The notes under the pieces were generated by a model that saw only the letters and a program-made list of their open reading frames with translations, made no database searches and was not told the origin of the DNA. Of a stretch of 64,000 nucleotides of DNA, positions 48,388 through 56,739 are shown piece by piece (position 1 is the first letter of the stretch; each line of letters opens with the position of its first letter). The stretch is taken from contig CAZYWG010000005.1 of assembly GCA_964651815.1 (NCBI GenBank), positions 27,053 to 91,052 on the forward strand. The letters are read 5' to 3'. This DNA is from an uncultured Gammaproteobacteria bacterium (GTDB lineage: Bacteria > Patescibacteriota > Microgenomatia > Levybacterales > GWA1-39-11). Made by a program: the position numbers and the translations under genes.

Positions 48388-50675
48388 AATAATGAGTCAT
48401 AAAATTCTATAGTGTGAGTCCCTGATGGCACTACGATTCCTCGAAAAGTGTAATCTGTTAAATATATTCTACCCGCTTCACCATCTATTTTAACTTTCCA
48501 TGTTGGATAATAAACATCTGTTAAAACCAAAAATCCTTCTCCTTTGTTGGTTGACACAAGTATTATTTTGTTTGCTGAATATTCATTAATTTTTACGAGT
48601 CCTGTTTCCCAGCTTTTTTTAAACCTTGAATCGTTACCCGAATTCTCTACTACGGCTACGTGGTTTAGCAAATTGTTTGGATCGAAAATCGCATTGATCG
48701 CGCTTTGCTTGTCACGAGCAGGTATTGTCGACGAAACAAAAAACGCTCGAGGGAATGCTAAAGTATTTTCATAAACATTTACGTGTCCCTCAGAAAGTAC
48801 AGGTGTTAACTTATCATCATGCAAAATAGAAGACGAAAGCACAAACCTAACTCCTAAGAAATCCGTCAGGCGCGATTTTGTATCTTGCAAAGTTATTATC
48901 CTATTAAATCCAAATGGTGTTGATATATCCGCTTTATTTCTTGAAGTTGCTGAAGCAAACTCACCGTAACGCATTAGATATAATGGATCATATCCATCTA
49001 CGGTTTGTAAATGATACATAACAGAAAAATTAGGTGGTAGAATTTGAGAGTCCGTGCTCATAACACGAAATAAGCCACTCTGGTTTTGTAAATATGATAA
49101 GACGCGAGTGCTCGGAAAGAGATATTCTTTATTTGTAAACGGTTCAAACTTCCAGCCAAAACGAATTAAATCAAAAAAAGTAAGTATCAGCAAAATTGAA
49201 AAAAACAGATAATCAATTTTGGGATTTTTTATTTTGTAGGTAAATCGTAGAATTATAAAAATTACATAAATGACTGAAAAGATAAAAGTAGGCAAAAATA
49301 GATTCTGCCTCGCAACCATTACTTGATCTTGTGTAAATATTCCAAAACTCCCGAACAACACAAATATCCAAAGTCCAATAAATACGAAGCTCGCGCCGGA
49401 AATTAGATAAATTATATTCTTTTTTTGTTTTGTGTAGTAATCAAAACCTAGCGCTGCAAGTACAGCCAATGAAAAATCTATTACAAAAATTAGCCTTGTA
49501 GGTTGTGCTGTAGACAAAAATGGAATATGTAAAACAAATGGAATTTTAGATATTTGAGTGGGTAATGCAAAGATTAACGATATGAGTAGGATCAGAAAGA
49601 ATAATATGGTTTTTTTATCACGCCTGAAAAAAACAGCAAAAAGCGCGGCCAAAAGTGGAAATATTCCTACATATCCAACAAACTCCGCGTAATTCCAAAT
49701 CCCTGTGTAATTTAGCGTTGCGGGATTTCCAAAAAAATCCGGGGCCACAAATTGAACTAAATTTTGCCACGGAATAAACCATCCGGTATTTTTGTAACCT
49801 ATAAGATCGGCGTCTCTTGCTGAAAGAAGAATGAATTGAAGACTAGGATACCATTGGACAAAAGTAATGAGCAAGAACAATGCATTTATAATAATGTAGG
49901 TTAACAATAGTTTGCCTTTATTTTTTTGCTCAAAAAGTCGGACCATAAAATATAATGATGACAAAACATACATATAAAAAAACGTTTGCAAATGTCCTGC
50001 AAAAAATGAAGAAATTAATGTGATAACTAAAATCAAACACCACACCCCCACTTTTTTGCTCATTATTGCTGCTTCTTTATTAATTATTCCTATCGTAATT
50101 TTGTCGATTGATAACAATATTAATGGCAGCCATAACGCAGTATTCAATATATTCCCCCACTCCATCCAGGCAACAAAAAATCCGCTAAAGGAAAACGTTA
50201 TTGCACCTAGTAAACATGCCTCTTTTTTAAGCTTTAAATTTTCAAGATACAAAAACATAAAAAATCCTGCGAGTATTGGCTGAAGAATTATTAAAAACGA
50301 CCATGCATTTTTGAATGGAAGAAAAAAATACAAAAAGTTTAAAGGGTAAAATGCGCTTGATTGAAAATTTGCAAGGAGCGGCGTTCCCGAAAAATTATAT
50401 GGATTCCAGATTGGAAGTTCCAGCTTTTTTCCTGCATCAATCACCAAATTCTTCCACGGATAAGTTTGCCTAACAGGATCTGTTATCAAGAAATTTTTGA
50501 ACGGGATACCTCTTGGATAATTGTTGGCGTAAATATCACGAAATGGATAATAAAGCCCGACAATCGTATCAGAAGGGATTGGTAATAAGTCTGAAATAAT
50601 AGTTTTCTGAAAGTAGAATAGACATGACAAAACTAATAAAAACAAAAATAAATTCTTTTTTATAAAATCAATCAT
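48384..50675 (-). CDS. YfhO-like GT-C membrane glycosyltransferase.
   Basis: 763 aa. N-terminal YYPFRDIY...TYPWKNLVIDAGKKLELPIWNPYNFSGTPLLANFQSSAFYPLNFLYF. C-terminal YYPTWKVKIDGEAGRIYLTDYTFRGIVVPSGTHTIEFY. Confidence 0.65.
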   Translation of the reverse strand: MIDFIKKNLFLFLLVLSCLFYFQKTIISDLLPIPSDTIVGLYYPFRDIYANNYPRGIPFKNFLITDPVRQTYPWKNLVIDAGKKLELPIWNPYNFSGTPLLANFQSSAFYPLNFLYFFLPFKNAWSFLIILQPILAGFFMFLYLENLKLKKEACLLGAITFSFSGFFVAWMEWGNILNTALWLPLILLSIDKITIGIINKEAAIMSKKVGVWCLILVITLISSFFAGHLQTFFYMYVLSSLYFMVRLFEQKNKGKLLLTYIIINALFLLITFVQWYPSLQFILLSARDADLIGYKNTGWFIPWQNLVQFVAPDFFGNPATLNYTGIWNYAEFVGYVGIFPLLAALFAVFFRRDKKTILFFLILLISLIFALPTQISKIPFVLHIPFLSTAQPTRLIFVIDFSLAVLAALGFDYYTKQKKNIIYLISGASFVFIGLWIFVLFGSFGIFTQDQVMVARQNLFLPTFIFSVIYVIFIILRFTYKIKNPKIDYLFFSILLILTFFDLIRFGWKFEPFTNKEYLFPSTRVLSYLQNQSGLFRVMSTDSQILPPNFSVMYHLQTVDGYDPLYLMRYGEFASATSRNKADISTPFGFNRIITLQDTKSRLTDFLGVRFVLSSSILHDDKLTPVLSEGHVNVYENTLAFPRAFFVSSTIPARDKQSAINAIFDPNNLLNHVAVVENSGNDSRFKKSWETGLVKINEYSANKIILVSTNKGEGFLVLTDVYYPTWKVKIDGEAGRIYLTDYTFRGIVVPSGTHTIEFYDSLL

Positions 50676-50678
50676 AAA

Positions 50679-51752
50679 CTAACTATTAACAATTTTTTCA
50701 ACCTCATCACAAAATCTATTGCATGCAAAGTCATTTGCACGTTTTTTCGCGGCAACGGACATGCTTTCCCAAATTTTATCTTCTGTTGCAAGTAGTCTTG
50801 TTTTATCTCCAAGTTCTTCCAAATTGTCCCACAAAAAGCCACTCACATTATCCTCTATTATCTCTTTCTGCCCGCCGGCATTAATCACAATAGGAACAAC
50901 CCCCGCTCCCATTGCTTCAACCGTTGAAATTCCAAAATGTTCTGCAGCCTCCGGGTGCTCCTCTAAATTCTCTCCAAATCCTGAAGCATGCCAGTAAATT
51001 TTTGCTTTTGAATAGTAATCCCATAGCTCATTATTTGTTTTGTTAATAGCAAATTCAATAGGTACACCTTTTGCGTTTTTTTTGAATTCACCAAATTCAT
51101 TTTCATCTTCTTCCCTGACGCTTACGGCAAGTACAAATTTCCAATTCTTAAAATGTTTCGACATTTTTTTAAACGCGTCAATCATAACACCTTGCTTTTT
51201 ATAATCTTTAACCCCTCCTATGGTTGCATCAACTACTCTAAACCTTCCTACATGAAGAATGATATTTTCTTTTTTAATGTGTTTTGGATGAAGCTCAACG
51301 GGAGGATACAAAACTAAACCATCCACGCCCAGCTGACGATCGATGTAACTTTTTGTATAGTAAGAATTATAGAAAATTTTATTCACTCGCGAAAGCTTAA
51401 CTTTATTTTTTAATCCACCCCCTGCGCCTTCTATTGGTCTCTGGATGTGAAGAAATAATTTTTTGGATAAAGAAAGCGGGATACTACCGTCGGAAAGAAC
51501 TATTATTACGTCGAATTTTCTGGTTTCCAAAACTCTTTTTAAAAAACTTACAGAAGGTCCAAAAACATTTGCACCGAGCTTCACTTTTGAAAGATTCAAA
51601 GAAAATCTGGTTGCTACATTTTCAAAATCCTCGCGAGTGTTCCAGAATACGGTTACATCATGATTTGAAGATAAACATGAAGCAATTGTAAGCATGTATT
51701 TTTCTCCCCCGCCGCAATCATCAAGATAAGGGTCGTAGATTCCAATTTTCAT
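50679..51752 (-). CDS. GT4 family glycosyltransferase. It is the first gene of the downstream sub-operon.
   Basis: EHFGISTVEAMGAGVVPIVINAGGQKEII (E-x7-E). It is preceded by the only sizeable intergenic region in the array. Confidence 0.75.
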   Translation of the reverse strand: MKIGIYDPYLDDCGGGEKYMLTIASCLSSNHDVTVFWNTREDFENVATRFSLNLSKVKLGANVFGPSVSFLKRVLETRKFDVIIVLSDGSIPLSLSKKLFLHIQRPIEGAGGGLKNKVKLSRVNKIFYNSYYTKSYIDRQLGVDGLVLYPPVELHPKHIKKENIILHVGRFRVVDATIGGVKDYKKQGVMIDAFKKMSKHFKNWKFVLAVSVREEDENEFGEFKKNAKGVPIEFAINKTNNELWDYYSKAKIYWHASGFGENLEEHPEAAEHFGISTVEAMGAGVVPIVINAGGQKEIIEDNVSGFLWDNLEELGDKTRLLATEDKIWESMSVAAKKRANDFACNRFCDEVEKIVNS

Positions 51753-51795
51753 CTTATATTTTTAAATTTAGCCTAGATTTCAAAATGTTAATGTC

Positions 51796-51807
51796 TGGAT
51801 TAATCCA
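51796..51807. promoter_or_regulatory. 12-bp perfect palindrome TGGATTAATCCA in the intergenic region. It is a candidate operator site.
   Basis: Read directly from the sequence, and the sequence equals its own reverse complement. It lies 44-55 nt upstream of the start of the GT4 gene on the minus strand. Confidence 0.35.
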
Positions 51808-51854
51808 AATCGTTTGTATAAACATTCGCACCGTATGTTTTATTTTATCAGCTA

Positions 51855-51883
51855 TTGATTCTCTTTAAAAGCTATGCTACATT
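51855..51883 (+). promoter_or_regulatory. Sigma70-like promoter (-35 TTGATT, 17-nt spacer, -10 TACATT) ending 6 nt before the ATG at 51890, which implies a leaderless transcript.
   Basis: TTGATTctctttaaaagctatgcTACATTatttatATG, read directly from the sequence. Confidence 0.4.
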
Positions 51884-51889
51884 ATTTAT

Positions 51890-52123
51890 ATGGATCCGCA
51901 AGTTCTTAATTCACCGTATTTGTTGCTGGTTCTTTTTGTTTGGTCTCTTTTTTGGAGTGGAATAGCACTTTGGAGAGCGGCAAATTTAAAGCAAAGAAAT
52001 TGGTTTATTGCTCTACTCGTACTACATACCGTTGGAATATTAGAAATAATTTATCTCTTTCGCTTTGCTAAAAAGAAAATGACTCTTGCTGAAATGCGCT
52101 CCTGGCTCCCAAATAGTAAATAG
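51890..52123 (+). CDS. Small two-TM membrane protein, DUF5652-like.
   Basis: 77 aa. LFWSGIALWRAANLKQRNWFIALLVLHTVGILEIIYLF resembles the conserved core of a small-protein family that is abundant in CPR genomes (recalled, not searched). Confidence 0.5.
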   Translation: MDPQVLNSPYLLLVLFVWSLFWSGIALWRAANLKQRNWFIALLVLHTVGILEIIYLFRFAKKKMTLAEMRSWLPNSK

Positions 52124-52283
52124 GAACTCAAAGAAAACACTGAAAATTTGTTTACAGTTGATTGGGATGTTGCCCTTTGTTAGAATTCGAATAATGTCAT
52201 TCCACGAGAATATTCGACTCTCGAGAGAAATCGAAAGAGATATTGAAAAAGATAGATAAACTGACGCTTCATACAAAGACCAA

Positions 52284-52526
52284 TTGATACGTGTGGAAGA
52301 AAAACTTGCAAACAATCCTGACTTAACAGTAGGTCAAAGATATAGACTCGAATGGAATTTTTGGGCTTTGAGACACCAATTGACGTTTGGACGAATGCGT
52401 AAAACAGGTGGAATAAAATTACCTGAATATCTTAAATCAACAAATCCTAATAATCCGCACTATGAACCGGTCGAAGAAACCTATCACAGATTAAGAGCAG
52501 CAATTAGGCCCTACTCTCAAACCTAA
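52284..52526 (+). CDS. Hypothetical small protein (80 aa, TTG start). The coding status is doubtful.
   Basis: The ORF begins with TTG and has no in-frame ATG upstream (a TAA at 52257). I recognise no motif. It lies in the only non-glycosylation gap. Confidence 0.2.
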   Translation: MIRVEEKLANNPDLTVGQRYRLEWNFWALRHQLTFGRMRKTGGIKLPEYLKSTNPNNPHYEPVEETYHRLRAAIRPYSQT

Positions 52527-52550
52527 GCTATCTGTTTGAGCGCTGTTTTT
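52516..52550. terminator. Weak hairpin (CTCAAAC, 11-nt loop, GTTTGAG) followed by CGCTGTTTTT, at the convergence of the 52284..52526 (+) and 52528..53283 (-) genes. It may be a terminator for plus-strand transcription.
   Basis: Inverted repeat at 52516-52522 and 52534-52540, and a T-run at 52546-52550. The stem is only 7 bp and AT-rich. Confidence 0.25.
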
Positions 52551-53283
52551 CCCACAGCTTTGCGTAGGTTATAAATAGTGAAAATGCTTGGTAAATTCCT
52601 TCTATCACGCCTGTAGTTCCATTCTTCCACCCTCCCTGGCCAAAATATGACCCAATAAACTCTGTAATCATGACTCTTGGAAAACGCCACAGGCTCATCT
52701 TAGGATGAGATGATTTTAACCGTAAGTCAGATTCATACTCAGACCACTCATTAGTTTTTGCAACCATTTGCTCTAAATTACGGTGAGTATAATGTAAGAT
52801 AGGCTCTTTTATTGTTGCTAGTCTCCCTTGGACAATTGGTGATTCGTGTACAACGCCCCGCCACTCTTTTAATTTAGACTTTTTAAAAACGCGCCCCACA
52901 CGATCAGCAAAATTCCAATCCTTTCCGTAAAAAAAAGTTTTGCGACGAACCCAAAACCCAACTACTTCAGGATTCTCCCGGGTGTTTTGAATTTTGAGTT
53001 TTAATTCGTGTATAAACTCATTTGTAGCGCGTTCATCGGAATCAATGTAAAAAATCCATTCGTTTTTTGCAACTGACGCAGCCAAATTTCTTTGGTCTGC
53101 AAAATTTCTGAATGTATTCTTGACAATATTTGCTCCTAATTTTTCTGCAATTTCTGGCGTCGAGTCTGTAGAATCATCAATAACAATTATTTCGTCTGCA
53201 AAACTCTTGACAGATTTTATAGCGTCTCCAATTACATCCTCTTCGTTTTTTGAAATTATGAGTACTGAGATTTTTTCTTCCAT
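52528..53283 (-). CDS. GT2 family glycosyltransferase (paralog group with 34751..35533 and 59332..60267).
   Basis: ISVLIISKNEEDVIGDAIKSVKSFADEIIVIDDSTDSTPEIAEKLGANIV and the C-terminal LHYTHRNLEQMVAKTNEW block. Confidence 0.8.
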   Translation of the reverse strand: MEEKISVLIISKNEEDVIGDAIKSVKSFADEIIVIDDSTDSTPEIAEKLGANIVKNTFRNFADQRNLAASVAKNEWIFYIDSDERATNEFIHELKLKIQNTRENPEVVGFWVRRKTFFYGKDWNFADRVGRVFKKSKLKEWRGVVHESPIVQGRLATIKEPILHYTHRNLEQMVAKTNEWSEYESDLRLKSSHPKMSLWRFPRVMITEFIGSYFGQGGWKNGTTGVIEGIYQAFSLFITYAKLWEKQRSNR

Positions 53284-55592
53284 AAATACATTGCAACACT
53301 TACAGTTCCTAGAGCACCTAAAACTGCGAGGGTTAATCCAATTTTAAAGCTTGAAGGATAATAAGTAAATGTTATGAGGTGCTGACCTTCTGGAACTATT
53401 ACTCCTCTAAACGTATAATCAGCTCTGTAAATTTTTGTCGGTTTGCCGTCCACAAAAGCTTCCCACCCTGAATAAAAAGGGTCAGTTAAAACAAGAAGGG
53501 CCCGATTCTTAGTGGTTGTTTGAATGCTAACCCTGTTAGATTCATAAGACTTTATCACTGCATCACCCAGCATATCATTTGATAGAGGAACAATAGGGTT
53601 ATCTTCCAGAACTGCTGTTTTACTTAAATCTAAATCTTTCAGAAATATAGTTTGCAAAATTTCCCTGGTATCCGTAATCTTTTTGTAATTTGAAACTACA
53701 AAAGCACGTTTAAATGCCTTGTTGTTAGTCAAGATTTGATATTTATCATCAGCATATGTCAGTTGGAATTGATCAACCGGATAAGTCCAAAATGGAAAAG
53801 CCCAGATAGCGCGTCCGTCTGCAACTTTGTGAATTATGTATTTTACTCCGAGAAAATTTATAATTCGTCCTGTGTAGACAGCATTTTTTGAGAGGTTAAC
53901 AACAGATCTTTCCGGCGTATGATATTCCCCATCCGGTGCTGCATTGATAAATTCACCATATCTACCAATATACAATGGGTCATATCCTTCTAATCCTCCA
54001 ATTCTAAGTGTAAGTGCTAATTCCTGGCCAAAAGAGCCAAATGCTCTATCATAACTATTTGACCCTGAGATAACCTTTTGAATTGGAACATCTGGATATA
54101 CTAAATTCTTTGGGTCAAAAGGTTGCCACTTTGCAGCAAATCTATAACTATCAAATGCACATATCAAAATTATTAGGACACCGAAAATGGTGATTATTTT
54201 TTTACTCTTTCCAAGTCTTGATAGAATAAATCCAATTAGGAACATTCCAAAGAAAACTGTGGGAAGTTTTAAGTTTGAAAGTGCTGTTGGAATTTGTTCT
54301 ACCGGTATAAAAAGTTTCAGCAAGATTGTTGTCCAAAGTACACCAAAAGTTAATAAAAATGCTGTGCACAAGATTGTAGTTTTGTTAAATTTTTTGTTTT
54401 TAACATCAGACATTAAATTTTCATATCCAAATGCTGCAAGCACAGCAGCTGAAAAACTAAAAATGACGATAACACGACTTGCAGCGCTAGTGGAAAGTAC
54501 TGGAACCCGGGCAGCTACTAATAAGTCCAGAAGAGGTGTTTGAAAAGCAAGTAAAATGGAAATGATAGAACCTAAAGCAAAAAAGATCACGTAAGGATTT
54601 TTTTTCCTAAAACTATTGAAAGCCAGAATTAAAGGGATTAAACCAATGTATGAATTCCACTCTGCGTAATGCCCAAACCAAGCATTACGTGTCACAGGAT
54701 TACCAAATATGTCGGGAGCGAGTAACGTAGGGAAATAGGTCCAGGGAATCACCTCCGTTTTCATAAATAATTGACTTCTGACTGATTGAGCGTATAGCTC
54801 TATTGATGGAAGAAGCTGCGGCGCACAAATTAACAAACCAGTACAAATTGAAATAACGCTTAATAAAGACTGCTCAATTTTTCTTGTCGTCGCGAACTTG
54901 AATAATATATAAGCAGTTGTAAATAACAAAAAGTATAGACTCGTTTGAAAATGGCCTGAAAAAAATGATAATGGAATTGAAGAAGTTAATAATACTGTAA
55001 AATACCATTTTTTTGTTTCATAAAAACGTTCTATAGCAAAAAGTGCGAGCGGTAAATATAAAATTGCATATACCAATGTCCCGTAAGCCATCCAAGTTGT
55101 TATAAATCCACAAAACATAAAAGAAATTGCTGATACTAAACTCGCAACATTTGAAAGCTTTAATGATCTGACAAATAAATAGGTAAAAATACCTGCAAGA
55201 AGCGGCTGAAATAAAATTTGAATACTCCACGCATTAACGAATGGCAAAATAAAATAAATGAAATTAAATGGAGATAGTGCGGCGGACTGATAATTAGCAA
55301 GAAGTGGTGTCCCAGAAAAACTATATTGATTCCACAAAGGGATAGAACCACTTTTCCAAATATCTATTACTAATTTTTTCCAAGGGTAAATTTGACCAAT
55401 TACATCAGGTGTAGCTGTATTTTTTACAAGTCCAGAGAAACTAACATATTCGTTCCAGGGTCCAAAATTTGTGGCAAGATATGTAGAAGGAAATGGAATT
55501 TTTCCGGAAATAAAATAAGGGCTTGAGAAAACAAACCAAATCAAAACAATAACAGCAATAGGCCAGATCTTATTTATTTTTAACATCGACAT
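53256..55592 (-). CDS. YfhO-like GT-C membrane glycosyltransferase.
   Basis: 778 aa. N-terminal IYPWKKLVIDIWKSGSIPLWNQYSFSGTPLLANYQSAALSPFNFIYFILP. C-terminal FYSGWEAFVDGKPTKIYRADYTFRGVIVPEGQHLITFTYYP followed by a TM anchor. Confidence 0.65.
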   Translation of the reverse strand: MSMLKINKIWPIAVIVLIWFVFSSPYFISGKIPFPSTYLATNFGPWNEYVSFSGLVKNTATPDVIGQIYPWKKLVIDIWKSGSIPLWNQYSFSGTPLLANYQSAALSPFNFIYFILPFVNAWSIQILFQPLLAGIFTYLFVRSLKLSNVASLVSAISFMFCGFITTWMAYGTLVYAILYLPLALFAIERFYETKKWYFTVLLTSSIPLSFFSGHFQTSLYFLLFTTAYILFKFATTRKIEQSLLSVISICTGLLICAPQLLPSIELYAQSVRSQLFMKTEVIPWTYFPTLLAPDIFGNPVTRNAWFGHYAEWNSYIGLIPLILAFNSFRKKNPYVIFFALGSIISILLAFQTPLLDLLVAARVPVLSTSAASRVIVIFSFSAAVLAAFGYENLMSDVKNKKFNKTTILCTAFLLTFGVLWTTILLKLFIPVEQIPTALSNLKLPTVFFGMFLIGFILSRLGKSKKIITIFGVLIILICAFDSYRFAAKWQPFDPKNLVYPDVPIQKVISGSNSYDRAFGSFGQELALTLRIGGLEGYDPLYIGRYGEFINAAPDGEYHTPERSVVNLSKNAVYTGRIINFLGVKYIIHKVADGRAIWAFPFWTYPVDQFQLTYADDKYQILTNNKAFKRAFVVSNYKKITDTREILQTIFLKDLDLSKTAVLEDNPIVPLSNDMLGDAVIKSYESNRVSIQTTTKNRALLVLTDPFYSGWEAFVDGKPTKIYRADYTFRGVIVPEGQHLITFTYYPSSFKIGLTLAVLGALGTVSVAMYLWKKKSQYS

Positions 55593-56739
55593 GAAAAACG
55601 TTTAATATTTTTAGTATTGCAGATGTTGCAAGAATATACAAAAAAGGCAAAAGAGGCAAAAAATATCTGACTGATGTATATCCTACTGAAAGCATTAAAC
55701 TGTAAACTACAATCCACAAAAGCATTAAAATCTCCGGCGATACCATCTTCGTTCTCTTTAGGTAGGTAACAAACAACGCTACTATAATTAGAACTACAGA
55801 TAATGGCCAAATTATGTTCCAATTTACGTCATGCAAAATTGCCCTTGTCCCCCACCAAGTATGCCAATTATTAAAAAGTAACAAATCCCAAAAAGAAAGC
55901 GGATTAGTAATGGCAGACTTGTGGTAAAGAAGAATATATTTTTGTACACCCAATATCTTTATCAAAGAATATCCGTTGATAATAGTAACCGTATAAGATA
56001 AGAACAATATGATAAGTGAAAGTGGTTGCAACAGAAGAAATGTAATAAACTTTTTACTAAAGTCACGTCTAAATATAAAAAACAGAATCATAGAGATAAG
56101 CATAAAAACTCCAGTGATAAAAAATCGAATACTAATTACAAATCCAATCCCCAAGGCAACAAGCACAAACCATCTTATATAATTTTTACTGTCGACTCCT
56201 TTTAAAAAGAAATAAAATGTGAACAATATAAAAGGGAGTTGTGCAACTTCTCCAAGTGGCGTGGTAGATAATTTTTCAATCATTAAAGGCTCATTTAAAA
56301 AAATCGCCAATGGAATTAAAGCAAATGCATTCTTATTAAGTAGGAATTTTCCCAGTAAAAAAACTGCACATCCGGAAGCAAAAAAAAGAGGAATAGTAAA
56401 CGTATTTTCATTATCAAAAAGTAAAATTGAAAGTGAAACAATATATCTTCCTAAAGGTGGATGATCATGAACAATTAGTATTGGGCTGAGACCCCTTAAA
56501 AAGATTCCTCCTGCAAAAGCTTCGAACGTTTCATCGGGAATAATAACTGGGTTTTTCTTTTTTGCATATTGGGATGAATAATATAAGCTTTTGAGAGCAG
56601 GATATTCTTTAGCATAATGTCTTGAAAAAAATTTGTCTCTATTTTTGTAAATTGTGTTTATCGGGTTAATTAAGATTAAAAGAAGAAAAATTAGTGCAAA
56701 CAACTTATTTGATAATATCTTGTTAATTTTTAGTAACAT
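55570..56739 (-). CDS. Polytopic membrane protein (389 aa); unclassified GT-C-like candidate.
   Basis: About 10 hydrophobic segments. It sits between a family B gene and a YfhO-like gene. Confidence 0.5.
   Translation of the reverse strand: MLLKINKILSNKLFALIFLLLILINPINTIYKNRDKFFSRHYAKEYPALKSLYYSSQYAKKKNPVIIPDETFEAFAGGIFLRGLSPILIVHDHPPLGRYIVSLSILLFDNENTFTIPLFFASGCAVFLLGKFLLNKNAFALIPLAIFLNEPLMIEKLSTTPLGEVAQLPFILFTFYFFLKGVDSKNYIRWFVLVALGIGFVISIRFFITGVFMLISMILFFIFRRDFSKKFITFLLLQPLSLIILFLSYTVTIINGYSLIKILGVQKYILLYHKSAITNPLSFWDLLLFNNWHTWWGTRAILHDVNWNIIWPLSVVLIIVALFVTYLKRTKMVSPEILMLLWIVVYSLMLSVGYTSVRYFLPLLPFLYILATSAILKILNVFHVDVKNK

Noticed and set aside
52164-52181. A GGG-ATGTTG-CCC hairpin followed by TTTGTT as the terminator of the 51890..52123 gene.
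   Set aside because: The stem is only 3 bp. That is too weak to call, although a terminator somewhere in 52124..52283 is expected.
52124-52283. Possible tRNA or other structured ncRNA in the only non-coding stretch.
   Set aside because: I could find no cloverleaf-compatible GC-rich stems or an anticodon-loop pattern. There are only short AT-rich inverted repeats. Without a covariance-model search this cannot be called.
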